From Candidatus Bathyarchaeia archaeon (GTDB lineage: Archaea > Thermoproteota > Bathyarchaeia > Bathyarchaeales > Bathycorpusculaceae), in NCBI GenBank assembly GCA_050015395.1, contig JBEKBM010000009.1:32978-96977 (forward strand): a stretch of DNA of 64,000 nucleotides, given 5' to 3'. The position numbers and the translations under genes were made by a program. Of this stretch, positions 40,664 through 50,845 are shown piece by piece. The notes under the pieces were generated by a model. The model did not search any database. It had not been told where the DNA came from and saw only the letters and a program-made list of their open reading frames with translations. How positions within the stretch are numbered: position 1 is the first letter of the stretch; every line of letters starts with the position of its first letter.

Positions 40664-42269
40664 ACTTCTGCACACTCTTCAATAACTTATCTATATCTGG
40701 CACACGTTCTTGCCCAGCCAATGTTGTCGAGAACTGGGCGATTTTGGGCAGATACTTGCTGAAAATTCCCAGCCGCTTCTTCTCCATATGCACGTGTTCT
40801 TGTCGAGAAAGAAAATGCTGCAATTGACGCGCAACCTCACGCAGAGCATTTGCCACTTCACGGCGTATTTCAGGTCGGTCAGCGATGAATTCTTTTCCAA
40901 CCGTCTTATACGGCACTTTGGTGCTGCAAATGTGCACTACGATGGCGATAGGCATGTCGGGAGCGACCTTGTAGCGTCGCCAGTTCATGGCGGAGATTAC
41001 TCGGTAAGAAACGTCGCTTGCCTCATCATACAATAGGGGAATTTTGTTGGCGAATCGGTAAATTACAAAGCAGCCGCGCTTGGGCACTCCGCCGCCATAT
41101 GCGATTGCCATTTCAATTATGAAGGGGTGACCCGCATAAGTGGATGGTTTACGCTGGTGAACAACAAGGTATTCAGGGTTTAACTCCTTCATAATGCCCG
41201 CTTTAAGCAGTTCCTCGCCTAAAGGTGAGAGGCAACTGGCGTCTGGCGGTAAGAAATCCTTGTACTTCTTGAGGTTCTGCATCAACCGCACAATTTCCTC
41301 GTGAGACAACCGTTTTGGATTCTTGGAACTAGATTGTGCTTCCTTCCCACATTGAGGGCAAATTGCTCGGTTATCAATCCACTTTATTTGGTCATACGCT
41401 AGTTTACCATGCTCATTGCAAGAAAATGAAATCAAGTTAGAGAAAATCAAAAATTTGACAGCTGTTATGTCGCCGACACGGTGAAAGTGACCTTTCAAAA
41501 ATTCAGCCATGTTATTGTAAGTTGTGATTTGGATTAGGCGTTGTAGCAGTTCCACGTCTACACCGTATGGATGCGGACACGTTTCTTTGGGGGGTTCAGG
41601 CATATCGGTGGTGCCACGGATAAACTTGTAGAGCCTGCCTTTGGGGTCAACAAATGTTAAATTAGCGTACGGGTTGACCATGGCGGTTTGCTTGAAGTAA
41701 TCAAGAATTTTCGGCATTGCCCTAAGATAGTCGCCTTCCAGAGCAAACTCGACGATGGTTCCGCGCCAATTATCCTTGTTGATTAGGACTTTGCGGTCTA
41801 AAATTATTGGACGATTCCTTTGGATATCAATCATTAATTTGAAACTGTAAATTTTCGCTTGCCCCGTACACGAGGTCACGAAGGCTGGCTGATGCGTAGT
41901 GATTTGCCCATAAAGAACAGCCATTTTTCCGCCTAAACCGAAGGTGCCACGCGTCTGCTTTAGCTTGTATTTGCTGCCGAAGAGGACTTGCCCGAAAGCT
42001 GAGGGAATAAACCGAGGCTGAATTCCACTGCCGTTGTCTTCTACACGGAGCTTGTAGATTTGTGTATCCTTGCTGGCTTCTCCCTCGAAAGATAAGCGTA
42101 CATAAATTTCCGGCACGATTTTTTGGCTTTCAGCAGCATCCAAAGAGTTTTCCACTAGCTCGCGGATTGCCGCGAATATCGCTCTAGACGGGTTTGTGAA
42201 ACCTGCAATGTCTCTATTTCGATAGAAAAAATCAGAAGCGCTAATCTCTTCAAAGGTTGCTTGAGCCAC
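40644..42269 (-). CDS. top6B: DNA topoisomerase VI subunit B
   Basis: ELVENSLDA, EDNGSG, QTRGTFGLG, PHPYG, RFANKIPLLY. Confidence 0.97.
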   Translation of the reverse strand: MAQATFEEISASDFFYRNRDIAGFTNPSRAIFAAIRELVENSLDAAESQKIVPEIYVRLSFEGEASKDTQIYKLRVEDNGSGIQPRFIPSAFGQVLFGSKYKLKQTRGTFGLGGKMAVLYGQITTHQPAFVTSCTGQAKIYSFKLMIDIQRNRPIILDRKVLINKDNWRGTIVEFALEGDYLRAMPKILDYFKQTAMVNPYANLTFVDPKGRLYKFIRGTTDMPEPPKETCPHPYGVDVELLQRLIQITTYNNMAEFLKGHFHRVGDITAVKFLIFSNLISFSCNEHGKLAYDQIKWIDNRAICPQCGKEAQSSSKNPKRLSHEEIVRLMQNLKKYKDFLPPDASCLSPLGEELLKAGIMKELNPEYLVVHQRKPSTYAGHPFIIEMAIAYGGGVPKRGCFVIYRFANKIPLLYDEASDVSYRVISAMNWRRYKVAPDMPIAIVVHICSTKVPYKTVGKEFIADRPEIRREVANALREVARQLQHFLSRQEHVHMEKKRLGIFSKYLPKIAQFSTTLAGQERVPDIDKLLKSVQKYGAEES

Positions 42270-42419
42270 TTCCTGCTTACACCACTTATCCTTGTTTTAT
42301 TATTGCAGATTGTTTTAGTATATTTGCTGCTTGTTCTTTAAGTTAACGCCTCGCGTATTCGTAGGTAGTTTACAAATTTTTTAAAAAACTTTGGTTTTTA
42401 GCTTTTAGCATTTAAACGT

Positions 42420-42593
42420 TTATGTCAATTTTATTATTAAAGTTTTTGTTGCTGCATCGTAGCTTTGAATGACTGCTTTTGTCTTTACGTGGCCGCTTTT
42501 ACCGTTTGGCAACGTTGCTTCTTTGATGCCAACTGCTTTCATAACGTCTGCAGGTACGCGCATGAATGAGCGCGCTTTCTTAAGGTCTACCAC
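42420..42593 (-). CDS. Small basic protein, possibly AbrB-like; start uncertain
   Basis: Manual translation VVDLKKARSFMRVPADVMKAVGIKE...YDAATKTLIIKLT*; under ORF-track cutoff. Confidence 0.45.
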   Translation of the reverse strand: MVDLKKARSFMRVPADVMKAVGIKEATLPNGKSGHVKTKAVIQSYDAATKTLIIKLT

Positions 42594-42642
42594 TTCGACG
42601 GCAAATGTCCTGGTTTTCGGAGCCTATTTTTTTGTTTTGAAC

Positions 42643-43560
42643 TTACTTGTTGAGGAATCTCCAGGAAAGGATTATGCCAACCGTGGTCAACGTTGCAGCG
42701 AATATTGCGACGTATGCGAAGTCAAATGGAGGGCTGAATGGAAATTTGCCCATACCATTGCTGAATATCATTAGCCGTCTGACCGCGTCTGTCGTGTACG
42801 ACATGGGGTTTACCTTCGCTACTACCTGCAACCACCCAGGCATTAGGTTTATTGGAACGAATGCGTTACTGGCAAACATAAGAGGCAGAGTTATCAGGTT
42901 CATGACGGCCTGAGGAGTTTCAATTCTTGTTGCTCTCAAGTTAATCGCGATGAAGAGCGATGACAAGCCCATGCCGATTAAGAAGACAATCGCAAATACT
43001 CCGAACACGCTGAAGACAGTGAAGTTCGTACCGAATTTTAGGCCAAAGACAATCGCTACAAACACAACGATTGCAGCTTGGAAAATAGATCGCAGCGCCG
43101 CTGAGAAAACCTTCGACAATATTATGACTGACCTTGAAACAGGAGTGCTTAGAACCTTGTTCAAGAAGCCGAGGCGACGATCCCAAACTACCGACATACC
43201 ACTGAAAGCAGCTGTGAAGAGCGTGACGAACACAACCATGCCCATAGCCATGTAGGAAAAGTAATCAGTGACACCAAATGTATTAGTCATTATGCTTGAG
43301 GATAAACTTTGGAATGCAGTGTTTAATTGACCAAGTTGGGATGCCGTGAGCGGCGGGTTAAACGCTATCACCGGTATTTGACTGGAGCTGAATATCGCAC
43401 CTATGTTCATTGATTTCCCCAGCAAACCCATCCAAATTATCGGCTGAATTATGGTCAGTAAGAAAACTATAGGAGCTTTGTACCATTTTTTCAGTTCGCG
43501 GTTTGTCAAAGCCCAAAGACCATGGAGCCTATTTTTTGAAACTTTTCCGTTTTCACTCAT
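42643..43560 (-). CDS. ABC-2 type permease (DrrB-like)
   Basis: DRRLGFLNKVLSTP, PLMFASNAF, NPMSY. Confidence 0.9.
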   Translation of the reverse strand: MSENGKVSKNRLHGLWALTNRELKKWYKAPIVFLLTIIQPIIWMGLLGKSMNIGAIFSSSQIPVIAFNPPLTASQLGQLNTAFQSLSSSIMTNTFGVTDYFSYMAMGMVVFVTLFTAAFSGMSVVWDRRLGFLNKVLSTPVSRSVIILSKVFSAALRSIFQAAIVVFVAIVFGLKFGTNFTVFSVFGVFAIVFLIGMGLSSLFIAINLRATRIETPQAVMNLITLPLMFASNAFVPINLMPGWLQVVAKVNPMSYTTDAVRRLMIFSNGMGKFPFSPPFDFAYVAIFAATLTTVGIILSWRFLNK

Positions 43561-44558
43561 GTTCTCGCCTTCCCAAGGGTAGTCCTCTGCGCCATAACTG
43601 CTTCCCTGGATTCTTCGGTGTCGCGCAGAGATTTCCCAGTGTATTGCAGGTAAACCTCGTTCAACGTCGGCTTTGTGAGCGAGAGCCTAATTACAATATG
43701 CCCTTCCCTGCGCAAGGCTTCAATAATTAGAGGCGCGGTCACTTCACCGTTTTCGGACTTTATCAAATAGGCTCCATTCTCTTTCTTAACGTCCACAACG
43801 TGTTCAATTTTTCTCATCAGCTCTGTGATATCTATGTCTTTCTGGATTGCAAGCGTTATTATGTCGCCGCCTAAACTTTCTTTCAACTCTTCAGGAGTTC
43901 CTACAACAACGATTTTTCCATGGTCAATTATGGCTATGCGGTCGCAAAGGGCGTCAGCTTCTTCAAGATAATGGGTAGTCATGAAGATAGTCATGCCGAA
44001 CTCTTTTTTCAGCATTCTAACATAATTCCATATTGCAGCTCTGGTTTGAACATCCAAGCCCAGCGTTGGCTCGTCCAAAAAAAGAACTTTAGGTCTGTTG
44101 ACTAAACCGCACGCAAGTTCTAACCTGCGGCGCATACCTCCTGAGTATGTTTGTACCCTTTTGTCTTTAAATGGTGCGAGATCGACAAGATTCAGTAGGT
44201 CTAGTCCCCGTTTTTTGGAAACTGTTTTGGGAATTCCATACAAATCAGCGCATAACAGTATGTTTTCGTATCCGGTTAAGTCTTCGTCAGCGGTGTATTC
44301 TTGCGGAACGAAGCCGATGGAGCTTCTGACGTCAACGTTTTGTTTGGCAATGTCGCTGCCCAGTATCGATGCTTTCCCTTCCGTTGGTCTTAGAAGCGTA
44401 ATGAGCATGTTTATGGTTGTTGTTTTTCCAGCACCGTTGGGTCCCAAGAACCCGAAGATTTCGCCGTGTTTGACGCTGAAATTTATGTGATCAACGGCAA
44501 CTAGACTGCCGTTGAAGACTTTGGTAAGACCCTCGACCTTAATTACATCTTCACTCAT
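43557..44558 (-). CDS. ABC exporter ATP-binding subunit (DrrA-like)
   Basis: GPNGAGKTT, YSGGMRRR, LDEPTLGLD. Confidence 0.95.
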   Translation of the reverse strand: MSEDVIKVEGLTKVFNGSLVAVDHINFSVKHGEIFGFLGPNGAGKTTTINMLITLLRPTEGKASILGSDIAKQNVDVRSSIGFVPQEYTADEDLTGYENILLCADLYGIPKTVSKKRGLDLLNLVDLAPFKDKRVQTYSGGMRRRLELACGLVNRPKVLFLDEPTLGLDVQTRAAIWNYVRMLKKEFGMTIFMTTHYLEEADALCDRIAIIDHGKIVVVGTPEELKESLGGDIITLAIQKDIDITELMRKIEHVVDVKKENGAYLIKSENGEVTAPLIIEALRREGHIVIRLSLTKPTLNEVYLQYTGKSLRDTEESREAVMAQRTTLGKART

Positions 44559-45102
44559 GCTTCTCACCTTTTAGTTTTTTATCAAGCTTTTCAAGTTTTT
44601 TTGTTGCTTCATTTAAAACACATATAACTTCGTCTAAGGCTTGGTCAGAGAAGTTGTCCTGTAGAGTGTTGCTTAGTTGGAAGAACGTTATGGCTAGACG
44701 TCTAATGGATTCGCGAATTTCCACGGTTTTTTCTGGGGATATTTTGAAGAGGAGCCCTTCAAAGAATGGAGCTGGCAGGAAACCGACCTCTTCTCTGAAC
44801 TTCGTTCTTATTTTTGCTTGTTCTTCAAGGAGTGATTTTCCACTTTCTGTCAGTTCATAACGTTTCAATCCGTTTTCAGTTGGCAACTCATGTATATATC
44901 CATTATTCTGTAGCCAAGATAGTAGCGGATAGATAGAGCCAGGACTCGGCCTCCAAAAACTGCTTGTGTTCTTTTCGATTTGGTTCATGATTTCGGATCC
45001 TGACATCGGTTTTTCGTTCAGGGCTTCGAGCACGCGAAAACGTATAAAGCCTTTTGGAACCATGGCAGTGTGTCGTGCCCAGTTTTTCTTGGGGGTTAAC
45101 AT
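44551..45102 (-). CDS. PadR family transcriptional regulator
   Basis: WRPSPGSIYPLL, YELTESG; GATATC palindromes around the start may be operators. Confidence 0.9.
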   Translation of the reverse strand: MLTPKKNWARHTAMVPKGFIRFRVLEALNEKPMSGSEIMNQIEKNTSSFWRPSPGSIYPLLSWLQNNGYIHELPTENGLKRYELTESGKSLLEEQAKIRTKFREEVGFLPAPFFEGLLFKISPEKTVEIRESIRRLAITFFQLSNTLQDNFSDQALDEVICVLNEATKKLEKLDKKLKGEKHE

Positions 45103-45325
45103 TGATATCACTATTGACATTAATGGCGATATCAAATATGATATTTAAGCTTGATGCCCAATAAACAGAACACATACACACTAATACTAATCCACTATTG
45201 TTCTCCCAGCAGTTTTTTTCAGCTCAAGTCGGAAAGGTTATTTAGTCTGCCCGTGTGCCCCCTTGAGTAAAAATGCAAACGCTAAGTGAACTCATGTTTG
45301 AATACTACGAACATCGAGGAGTTGC

Positions 45326-45970
45326 CTACAACGCTATGAAGAGTTGGGCCAACAGAGCCGCGGACAGTGGGATGGTGAGGTTGTCGTAGTAGTATTTCAT
45401 GGGCAGGGATTCTAAGAGCGCAGACACCGAGGCGATTAAGAGGGAGACCACAAAGAGTTTAGGGAGAGCTACTGGAACGAAAGCTAGCACGAAAGCTGTC
45501 GTGGCGAAAGCCACAATCGCGAAAGCAGCCGTGCCCTCCCAGTGCTTTCTCTCGTTGTAGCCTATCGAATGCTTTGGACGGGCTTTGCCGACAATGGATG
45601 CCGCGGAGTCCGCGTAGGAGAGAACCATTATCCCGACAAGGGCAGCATGTAGTTCAAGAAACGATACTACGAGCAAACCAGAGAGGCAGATGAACATGCC
45701 CCCCAGCATGGTTTTGTTCTCCAACTCATATCCGTTTGCCATAATCTTGTAGGCTTTTGAAGCGAAGGGAATGTTCCAGTTTCTTCCAGTCCTGAGAGAA
45801 AACTCAAGCAGAACGAAGAGGATTAAGAAAACACCATAAAGTCCCATGCCCAAGGCACGAGCCAACCAAGCATTAGAAATGCCTAGGACAATCAGAGGAG
45901 CAATCGTTCCCGTTATGAGCGCGTGAATGCTCTTTCGTTTAATTTCGATTCTCACTTCGGAACTCAGCAT
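45326..45970 (-). CDS. CTP-dependent lipid kinase (dolichol/phytol/Dgk1 family)
   Basis: RKSIH, DSAASIVG, KHWEG, DNLTIP; multi-TM. Confidence 0.8.
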   Translation of the reverse strand: MLSSEVRIEIKRKSIHALITGTIAPLIVLGISNAWLARALGMGLYGVFLILFVLLEFSLRTGRNWNIPFASKAYKIMANGYELENKTMLGGMFICLSGLLVVSFLELHAALVGIMVLSYADSAASIVGKARPKHSIGYNERKHWEGTAAFAIVAFATTAFVLAFVPVALPKLFVVSLLIASVSALLESLPMKYYYDNLTIPLSAALLAQLFIAL

Positions 45971-46473
45971 CAGTAAGGAACCTCCTTCAAACCAAATTTG
46001 TGGTCTGCGATGTTGGACAACAGGTGAAGTGGCGGCGTCAAAACAAAGATTATGATAAGCCCGACGAGCGTGGGCGTTTCAACTGCCGCGGCGAAAACAA
46101 GTCCCCCAACTACAAAGTCCAGTTGGTCAAACGGAAACCAAGATTTTCCCGGGGGTATTCCGCGCTGCCTCTTGAAAAAAGACTTCACGGCGTCTCCCGT
46201 CATAGCGCCAAACCCCAGAAGCACACCCAGCAGGAACCCGTCGGGCTTGCCAAAAACAAACTGCTGTATACCGCCAAGAAGAGTCCCGCACAATGCGCCG
46301 CCCACGAAGCCCCTGACCGTTTTGGAGGGACCAAAGATCGGCTTGCTTCTGAAAGTCCGCCCGAAGTCCAAAGGCGTTTTTCCTCTTAGCCTGAACCAGA
46401 CGGGGCTTATGCTGGCAAAATACGCTGGAAGAATGAACCACAAGGCACCCAGAAACTCACTCAAAAGGTCCAT
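45970..46473 (-). CDS. carS: CDP-archaeol synthase
   Basis: PAY, PLDFG, GPSKTVRG, GDAVKSFFKR, DQLDF, LKEVPY. Confidence 0.92.
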   Translation of the reverse strand: MDLLSEFLGALWFILPAYFASISPVWFRLRGKTPLDFGRTFRSKPIFGPSKTVRGFVGGALCGTLLGGIQQFVFGKPDGFLLGVLLGFGAMTGDAVKSFFKRQRGIPPGKSWFPFDQLDFVVGGLVFAAAVETPTLVGLIIIFVLTPPLHLLSNIADHKFGLKEVPY

Positions 46474-46477
46474 AGGA

Positions 46478-47035
46478 TCATGCCTCTTTCACGGTCTTGA
46501 AGAACAGGCTCAGAGATTTGGCGAGGGAAAGTGGCATCAATACGAAGGCGGCGATGAGAAACACAAAGTTTAGAGGATAAAGTCCAAGAATATAGGAAAC
46601 CTCCATAGCGAAGAACACAACGAACGTGGCTTTCCCAAATGCTGTCGGAGGCACAAACCTCAAACCCCTCGCCATGAGGTACAAGTTGTATGTAACCATG
46701 ACTAACTCGCGACTCACAATAAGAACTAACCCCCACCAAGGAAAGAGCCCCACCACAAACAAGCTTCCCAACAAGGCCACAAGGTTAACCCTATCAGCTG
46801 CAAAGTCAATCAGCCTGCCGAACTCGCTTGCCTGTTTGAGGAACCGCGCTATCCTGCCATCCGCCACATCTGTACAGAAAGAAACCGTAACCAAAACCGC
46901 AGCCGCCAACATATCTCGCGTCAAAATCTCATAAACTATAGGTGCTACAAGCACGAGTCTTGAGAAACTGAGCAGGTTTGGCACAGTAAGGTATTTGATT
47001 TTTCTTTGAGTGGGCGCATCATGAATGCCATCCAA
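46478..47035 (-). CDS. CDP-alcohol phosphatidyltransferase (PgsA-like)
   Basis: PNLLSFSR, DVADGRIAR...SEFG..ID..ADR. Confidence 0.9.
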   Translation of the reverse strand: MDGIHDAPTQRKIKYLTVPNLLSFSRLVLVAPIVYEILTRDMLAAAVLVTVSFCTDVADGRIARFLKQASEFGRLIDFAADRVNLVALLGSLFVVGLFPWWGLVLIVSRELVMVTYNLYLMARGLRFVPPTAFGKATFVVFFAMEVSYILGLYPLNFVFLIAAFVLMPLSLAKSLSLFFKTVKEA

Positions 47036-47513
47036 GCTGTTGTACCAACCAATGCCTCTAATTTTGGGGTTTTAGTTAAAATGCTTTTCCAAATCAAAAA
47101 GGGTAATGCTTCAAAATAAGCTGCCGGCGGAGAAGTGTCTACGAAAAAACGTCCAAACCCGCACTTGTCTGCGGATGCCAAGTCAGGCACAAAGAACAAT
47201 TGGTTCTCGGCAATAAATGATCCTCCAATTATGCAAACTGAGACCAATCGAATCAATAGGGTAACCCACCATAATGTTGTTGGTAAAATTAGCCCTAATC
47301 GATTCAGCCGTTTCTGTTCCGATTGCAGAGGCGTCAATTTCAATTCCTAGAAGTCTCAATAGAGTGCTTTTCCATTTGCCCGTGTATCCTGCTTGAGCCT
47401 TTTCCAACTTTGCTGCTGAGTACGTTAAGACTTGCCTAATTAAAAATTTGATTGAAAATCAAATCGCCTAACTCTTTCGCAGTAATTTGTTGAGGAAAAA
47501 AAGAAAGGGTACA

Positions 47514-48227
47514 TTAGAAGTTGATTTTGACGCTGCGTGAGAAGTATCCGAAGGGCATTTTCACTCTTTCGCCGTAGACCTGTTTCAGTAGCTTGATGTA
47601 GTCGTCTCTCTCATCCATTGTGAACTCATACTTTCCTTGGGAAGAGTGTATTTCCATTTCAAATTCGGAACGATACACTTGTCCGTTGCTCATTATGTCT
47701 TTGCTTTTGATTTTTACTTCGCTTGTGACATTGTTATCCACAGCAAAGTTGCCCGGGGTCTCGGTGAGTATGACTGAAGGCGGCATAGAAAAGTACCTTT
47801 GCGCGAAATTGAAGGAGACTTTCAGTTGGTCAGACCATTGGCCCAAAAAACCCTTTCCTTCGGCTTTTGCTTGGTCTCTCGCCATTTGCACCGCCTGCTT
47901 TACCATATCGCTGGTCATCTGGGCAAATATCATCCTCTGATTTGTCACTACGCCTGTAAAGCTGTCATATCTGCCAAGCGATTTAGGTTTCCTAAGCACC
48001 AGTACACCTAAGACGTTTTCGCCCGAAACAATCGGCGGTGGAGCTTGGACTGGAGTTGCCTGTGGCGCCAGCGGTGCAGGGGCAACTGGTTGAACAGGTT
48101 GAGGGGGCGTGCTCGTTGGTGCACTTGCTGACAACGGGATAGACACATTTGATTGGGCTGCTCCACAGTTTTTACAGAACTTTGCTGTTGAGCTAATTTC
48201 TAATCCGCAATTTTCACAATAGGGCAT
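47514..48227 (-). CDS. Zinc-ribbon protein with Pro-rich linker
   Basis: YCENCG...AKFCKNCG, Pro/Gln-rich linker, C-terminal globular domain. Confidence 0.85.
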   Translation of the reverse strand: MPYCENCGLEISSTAKFCKNCGAAQSNVSIPLSASAPTSTPPQPVQPVAPAPLAPQATPVQAPPPIVSGENVLGVLVLRKPKSLGRYDSFTGVVTNQRMIFAQMTSDMVKQAVQMARDQAKAEGKGFLGQWSDQLKVSFNFAQRYFSMPPSVILTETPGNFAVDNNVTSEVKIKSKDIMSNGQVYRSEFEMEIHSSQGKYEFTMDERDDYIKLLKQVYGERVKMPFGYFSRSVKINF

Positions 48228-48282
48228 ACTAAATCACTATGAGCAGATTCCGATGAGGATGTTTAAAAATTTTGCTGTCTAA

Positions 48283-48606
48283 CACGATATACAGACTAGA
48301 ATCAACTCTATCTGCAGTAAACACACGGCCACATTTCTGCAAAGGTTCAAAGAAAAAACTGGAGCAAGATGCAGAGAAATCTGGACCTAAGATGGGACGA
48401 TGTGGACTTCGAAAGCAAAATAATCAACTTAACTGCCGAAAAAGCCTCAACGCCTATATGTTCAACTAGATGAAGCATATTTTCAAGGCGAACAGGACTG
48501 CATCTCAAAGTATCTAAATAAGAGAAAGATATCTGCACGTTAATGAGAGCAAAATTTGGATTCGTTACCGAGTTTGAAGACGAAAAAATCTTCAGAAAAG
48601 AGAAGC
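48283..48606 (+). pseudogene. Tyrosine recombinase/integrase remnant
   Basis: KTGARCREIW(frameshift)DLRWDDVDFESKIINLTAEK and a C-terminal GFVTEFEDEKIFRK; heavily deleted. Confidence 0.7.
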
Positions 48607-48675
48607 TTTAATGTGCAAAAAAGCCCGAAAAACAAGAAAAATCGACAACGATGTCCCCGGCATATTTACTTATAT

Positions 48676-48701
48676 TGGTGCAGGGGGTGGGATTTGAACC
48701 C
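48676..48701 (-). other. tRNA 3' fragment (att-like, probably tRNA-Leu)
   Basis: Reverse complement GGGTTCAAATCCCACCCCCTGCACCA; no 5' half upstream; next to integrase remnant. Confidence 0.7.
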
Positions 48702-48983
48702 CCAATAAGCGGTCGTTATCGCCAATTTTCGCTTTCTCCGCAGCCCCTTCCCTTTTCCTTTTTTGATTGTTGCAATCGCTTGTTTGGCGGGTCCTATGGG
48801 ATGCATTTAATTACGCAGTGAAAGCTATAAACTATTATGTTGCACGCTTGTTCTTTAGGTTAACTGCACTTTGCGGGGAAAACCTTTGATTCTGGAACGG
48901 GCTGTGGCTTAGAAATGTTGATTTTTGCTTTAAACTTGTATAAATAGAGGAGATTGGGTTTCTGGGGATGCGAAATAATTAAT

Positions 48984-50783
48984 TTATTTTTTGGCTGTTT
49001 CGGGCTTCATTTTGGTGTAGTAGTATTCGCCGATTCCTTTTTGGAACATGTCCATTTGTGAAGCTTCCTTGTTTACTCTGGGTCGCATTGTGATTGAGTC
49101 TCTGCGGAAGGTGATGTTCATTTCTTTGAGGAAGGTGTTCATGCCTTTTCGTAGGCTGGTTGGCGGATTAGCTAAGCCGCTTACGCCTGGTTCGCCGTTG
49201 AAGACCATTAGGCGGTCGGCCATGAAGTCTTGGGTGACAACGTCGTGTTCAACTACGAATGCTGGTATTCCATGCGCTTCAACAACCCGCCGCAATGTTT
49301 TAGCCATGTTCAATCGTTCTTCAACATCTAAGTACGCGCTTGGTTCGTCAAGAAGATACAGGTCGGGTTTGCGGCTTAGGCATGCGGCTATGGCGACTTT
49401 TTGCAGTTCTCCACCGCTAAGCTCCATCACGTTTCGGTCCATCAAAACCTGAAGTCTCAGTGGCTGGGCAATCTCGGTTTTGTACCAGCTGGATGTAAAG
49501 TTTTCTTTAGCCACACTCATAAGCAGTTCTTGAACCGTACCCGTATAGTCAGATGCAATGTACTGGGGCTTATAGCTGACGGTTAACTCGCCAAGCTTCT
49601 GTTTCTCATCAGTCTCTTCAAGTCCAGCAAGAATTTTTACGAAGGTGGTTTTTCCGATACCGTTGGCTCCTAGGATACCGACGATTTCGCCTAGTTTAAT
49701 CTCGCCTGGTTCAATGGTAAGTTTGAAGCCCTTGAAAGTTTTCGTCATGCTGTCCCATTTCAGCAGCGGCTCGCTTAGGTTGGTGCCTGCGGTCGGCGGC
49801 TTCTCGTGGAAAACGATGGATTCCTTGCGGAACATTATGTTTTCGTCAGGAATGTAGCCTTGCAAGTAAATGTTAATGCCTGTTCGGACGCCATGCACAT
49901 GTGAAACAACACCGTAGACGCCTGGTTCACCGTAGAAGAGACAGATTTGGTCAGACAGGTAATCAATGATGGCTAAGTCATGTTCAGCCACGATTATGGT
50001 TTTTTGCTGTTCTTTGAGGCTGCGTATGGTTCTTGCGACAACAAGCCGCTGCTTCACGTCCAAGTAGCTTGAGGGCTCGTCGAAAAGGTAAACATCTGCT
50101 TCGCGGCTAAGCGTTGCAGCAACCGCCACACGCTGAAGTTCCCCACCGCTAAGCACTTCTAAAGGTCTATCCCAAACTGTTTTGAGCTCAAGCTCCTCCG
50201 AAAGCGCGTCAAGCTGCCGTCTCTCATCAACCTTTTCTAGCAAATCGCCGACCTTGCCACTGACCGCTTTGGGAATCTTATCAACGTACTGCGGTTTGCT
50301 GCTGACCTTGAGTTTTTTTTCACTCATCTTCTGGAAGTAATCTTGAAGGCTTGACCCTCGATAGTACTGGATTATTTCAGGCCAATCAGGCGGATTATCG
50401 TATTTGCCAAGGTTGGGTTTGATTTCGCCTGAAAAAACCTTCAGCGTAGTAGTTTTGCCAATGCCGTTTTGCCCGATCAAGCCTAGCACCGTTCCTGGCG
50501 AAGGCATGGGTAAACGGAAAAGTTTGAAGCTGTTTTCGCTGAAACGGTGACTGCAATCTTTCTCCAGCTCGTCGGGCAGGTTGACGATGCTGATGGCTTT
50601 GAAGGGGCATTTTTTGACGCATATTCCGCAGCCGCTGCAGAGTGTTTCGGATATGACTGCTTTGTTTCCTTCAACTCTTATGGCTTCGACTCTGCTGCGA
50701 ACCATAGGGCAAAAGCTAACGCAGACTTGGTTGCATTTTTTAACCTTGCATTTATCTTCGTTAAGTACAGCTATTCGTGTCAT
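48984..50783 (-). CDS. rli: Ribosome recycling ATPase ABCE1/RLI
   Basis: N-terminal Fe-S Cys motifs, two ABC domains with LSGGELQ. Confidence 0.97.
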   Translation of the reverse strand: MTRIAVLNEDKCKVKKCNQVCVSFCPMVRSRVEAIRVEGNKAVISETLCSGCGICVKKCPFKAISIVNLPDELEKDCSHRFSENSFKLFRLPMPSPGTVLGLIGQNGIGKTTTLKVFSGEIKPNLGKYDNPPDWPEIIQYYRGSSLQDYFQKMSEKKLKVSSKPQYVDKIPKAVSGKVGDLLEKVDERRQLDALSEELELKTVWDRPLEVLSGGELQRVAVAATLSREADVYLFDEPSSYLDVKQRLVVARTIRSLKEQQKTIIVAEHDLAIIDYLSDQICLFYGEPGVYGVVSHVHGVRTGINIYLQGYIPDENIMFRKESIVFHEKPPTAGTNLSEPLLKWDSMTKTFKGFKLTIEPGEIKLGEIVGILGANGIGKTTFVKILAGLEETDEKQKLGELTVSYKPQYIASDYTGTVQELLMSVAKENFTSSWYKTEIAQPLRLQVLMDRNVMELSGGELQKVAIAACLSRKPDLYLLDEPSAYLDVEERLNMAKTLRRVVEAHGIPAFVVEHDVVTQDFMADRLMVFNGEPGVSGLANPPTSLRKGMNTFLKEMNITFRRDSITMRPRVNKEASQMDMFQKGIGEYYYTKMKPETAKK

Positions 50784-50845
50784 AGGTAACGTCCATAATA
50801 AAATTAAACTAGTAAGTTATAAATTTAAGACCCAAAAAGAAGTGA

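Noticed and set aside
42619-43537. 14-bp direct repeat GGAGCCTATTTTTT around the permease
   Set aside because: Low complexity, and one copy lies inside an intact coding region
46945-47407. Overlapping ORFs upstream of the lipid operon
   Set aside because: Possibly pseudogene debris, but no family could be recognised
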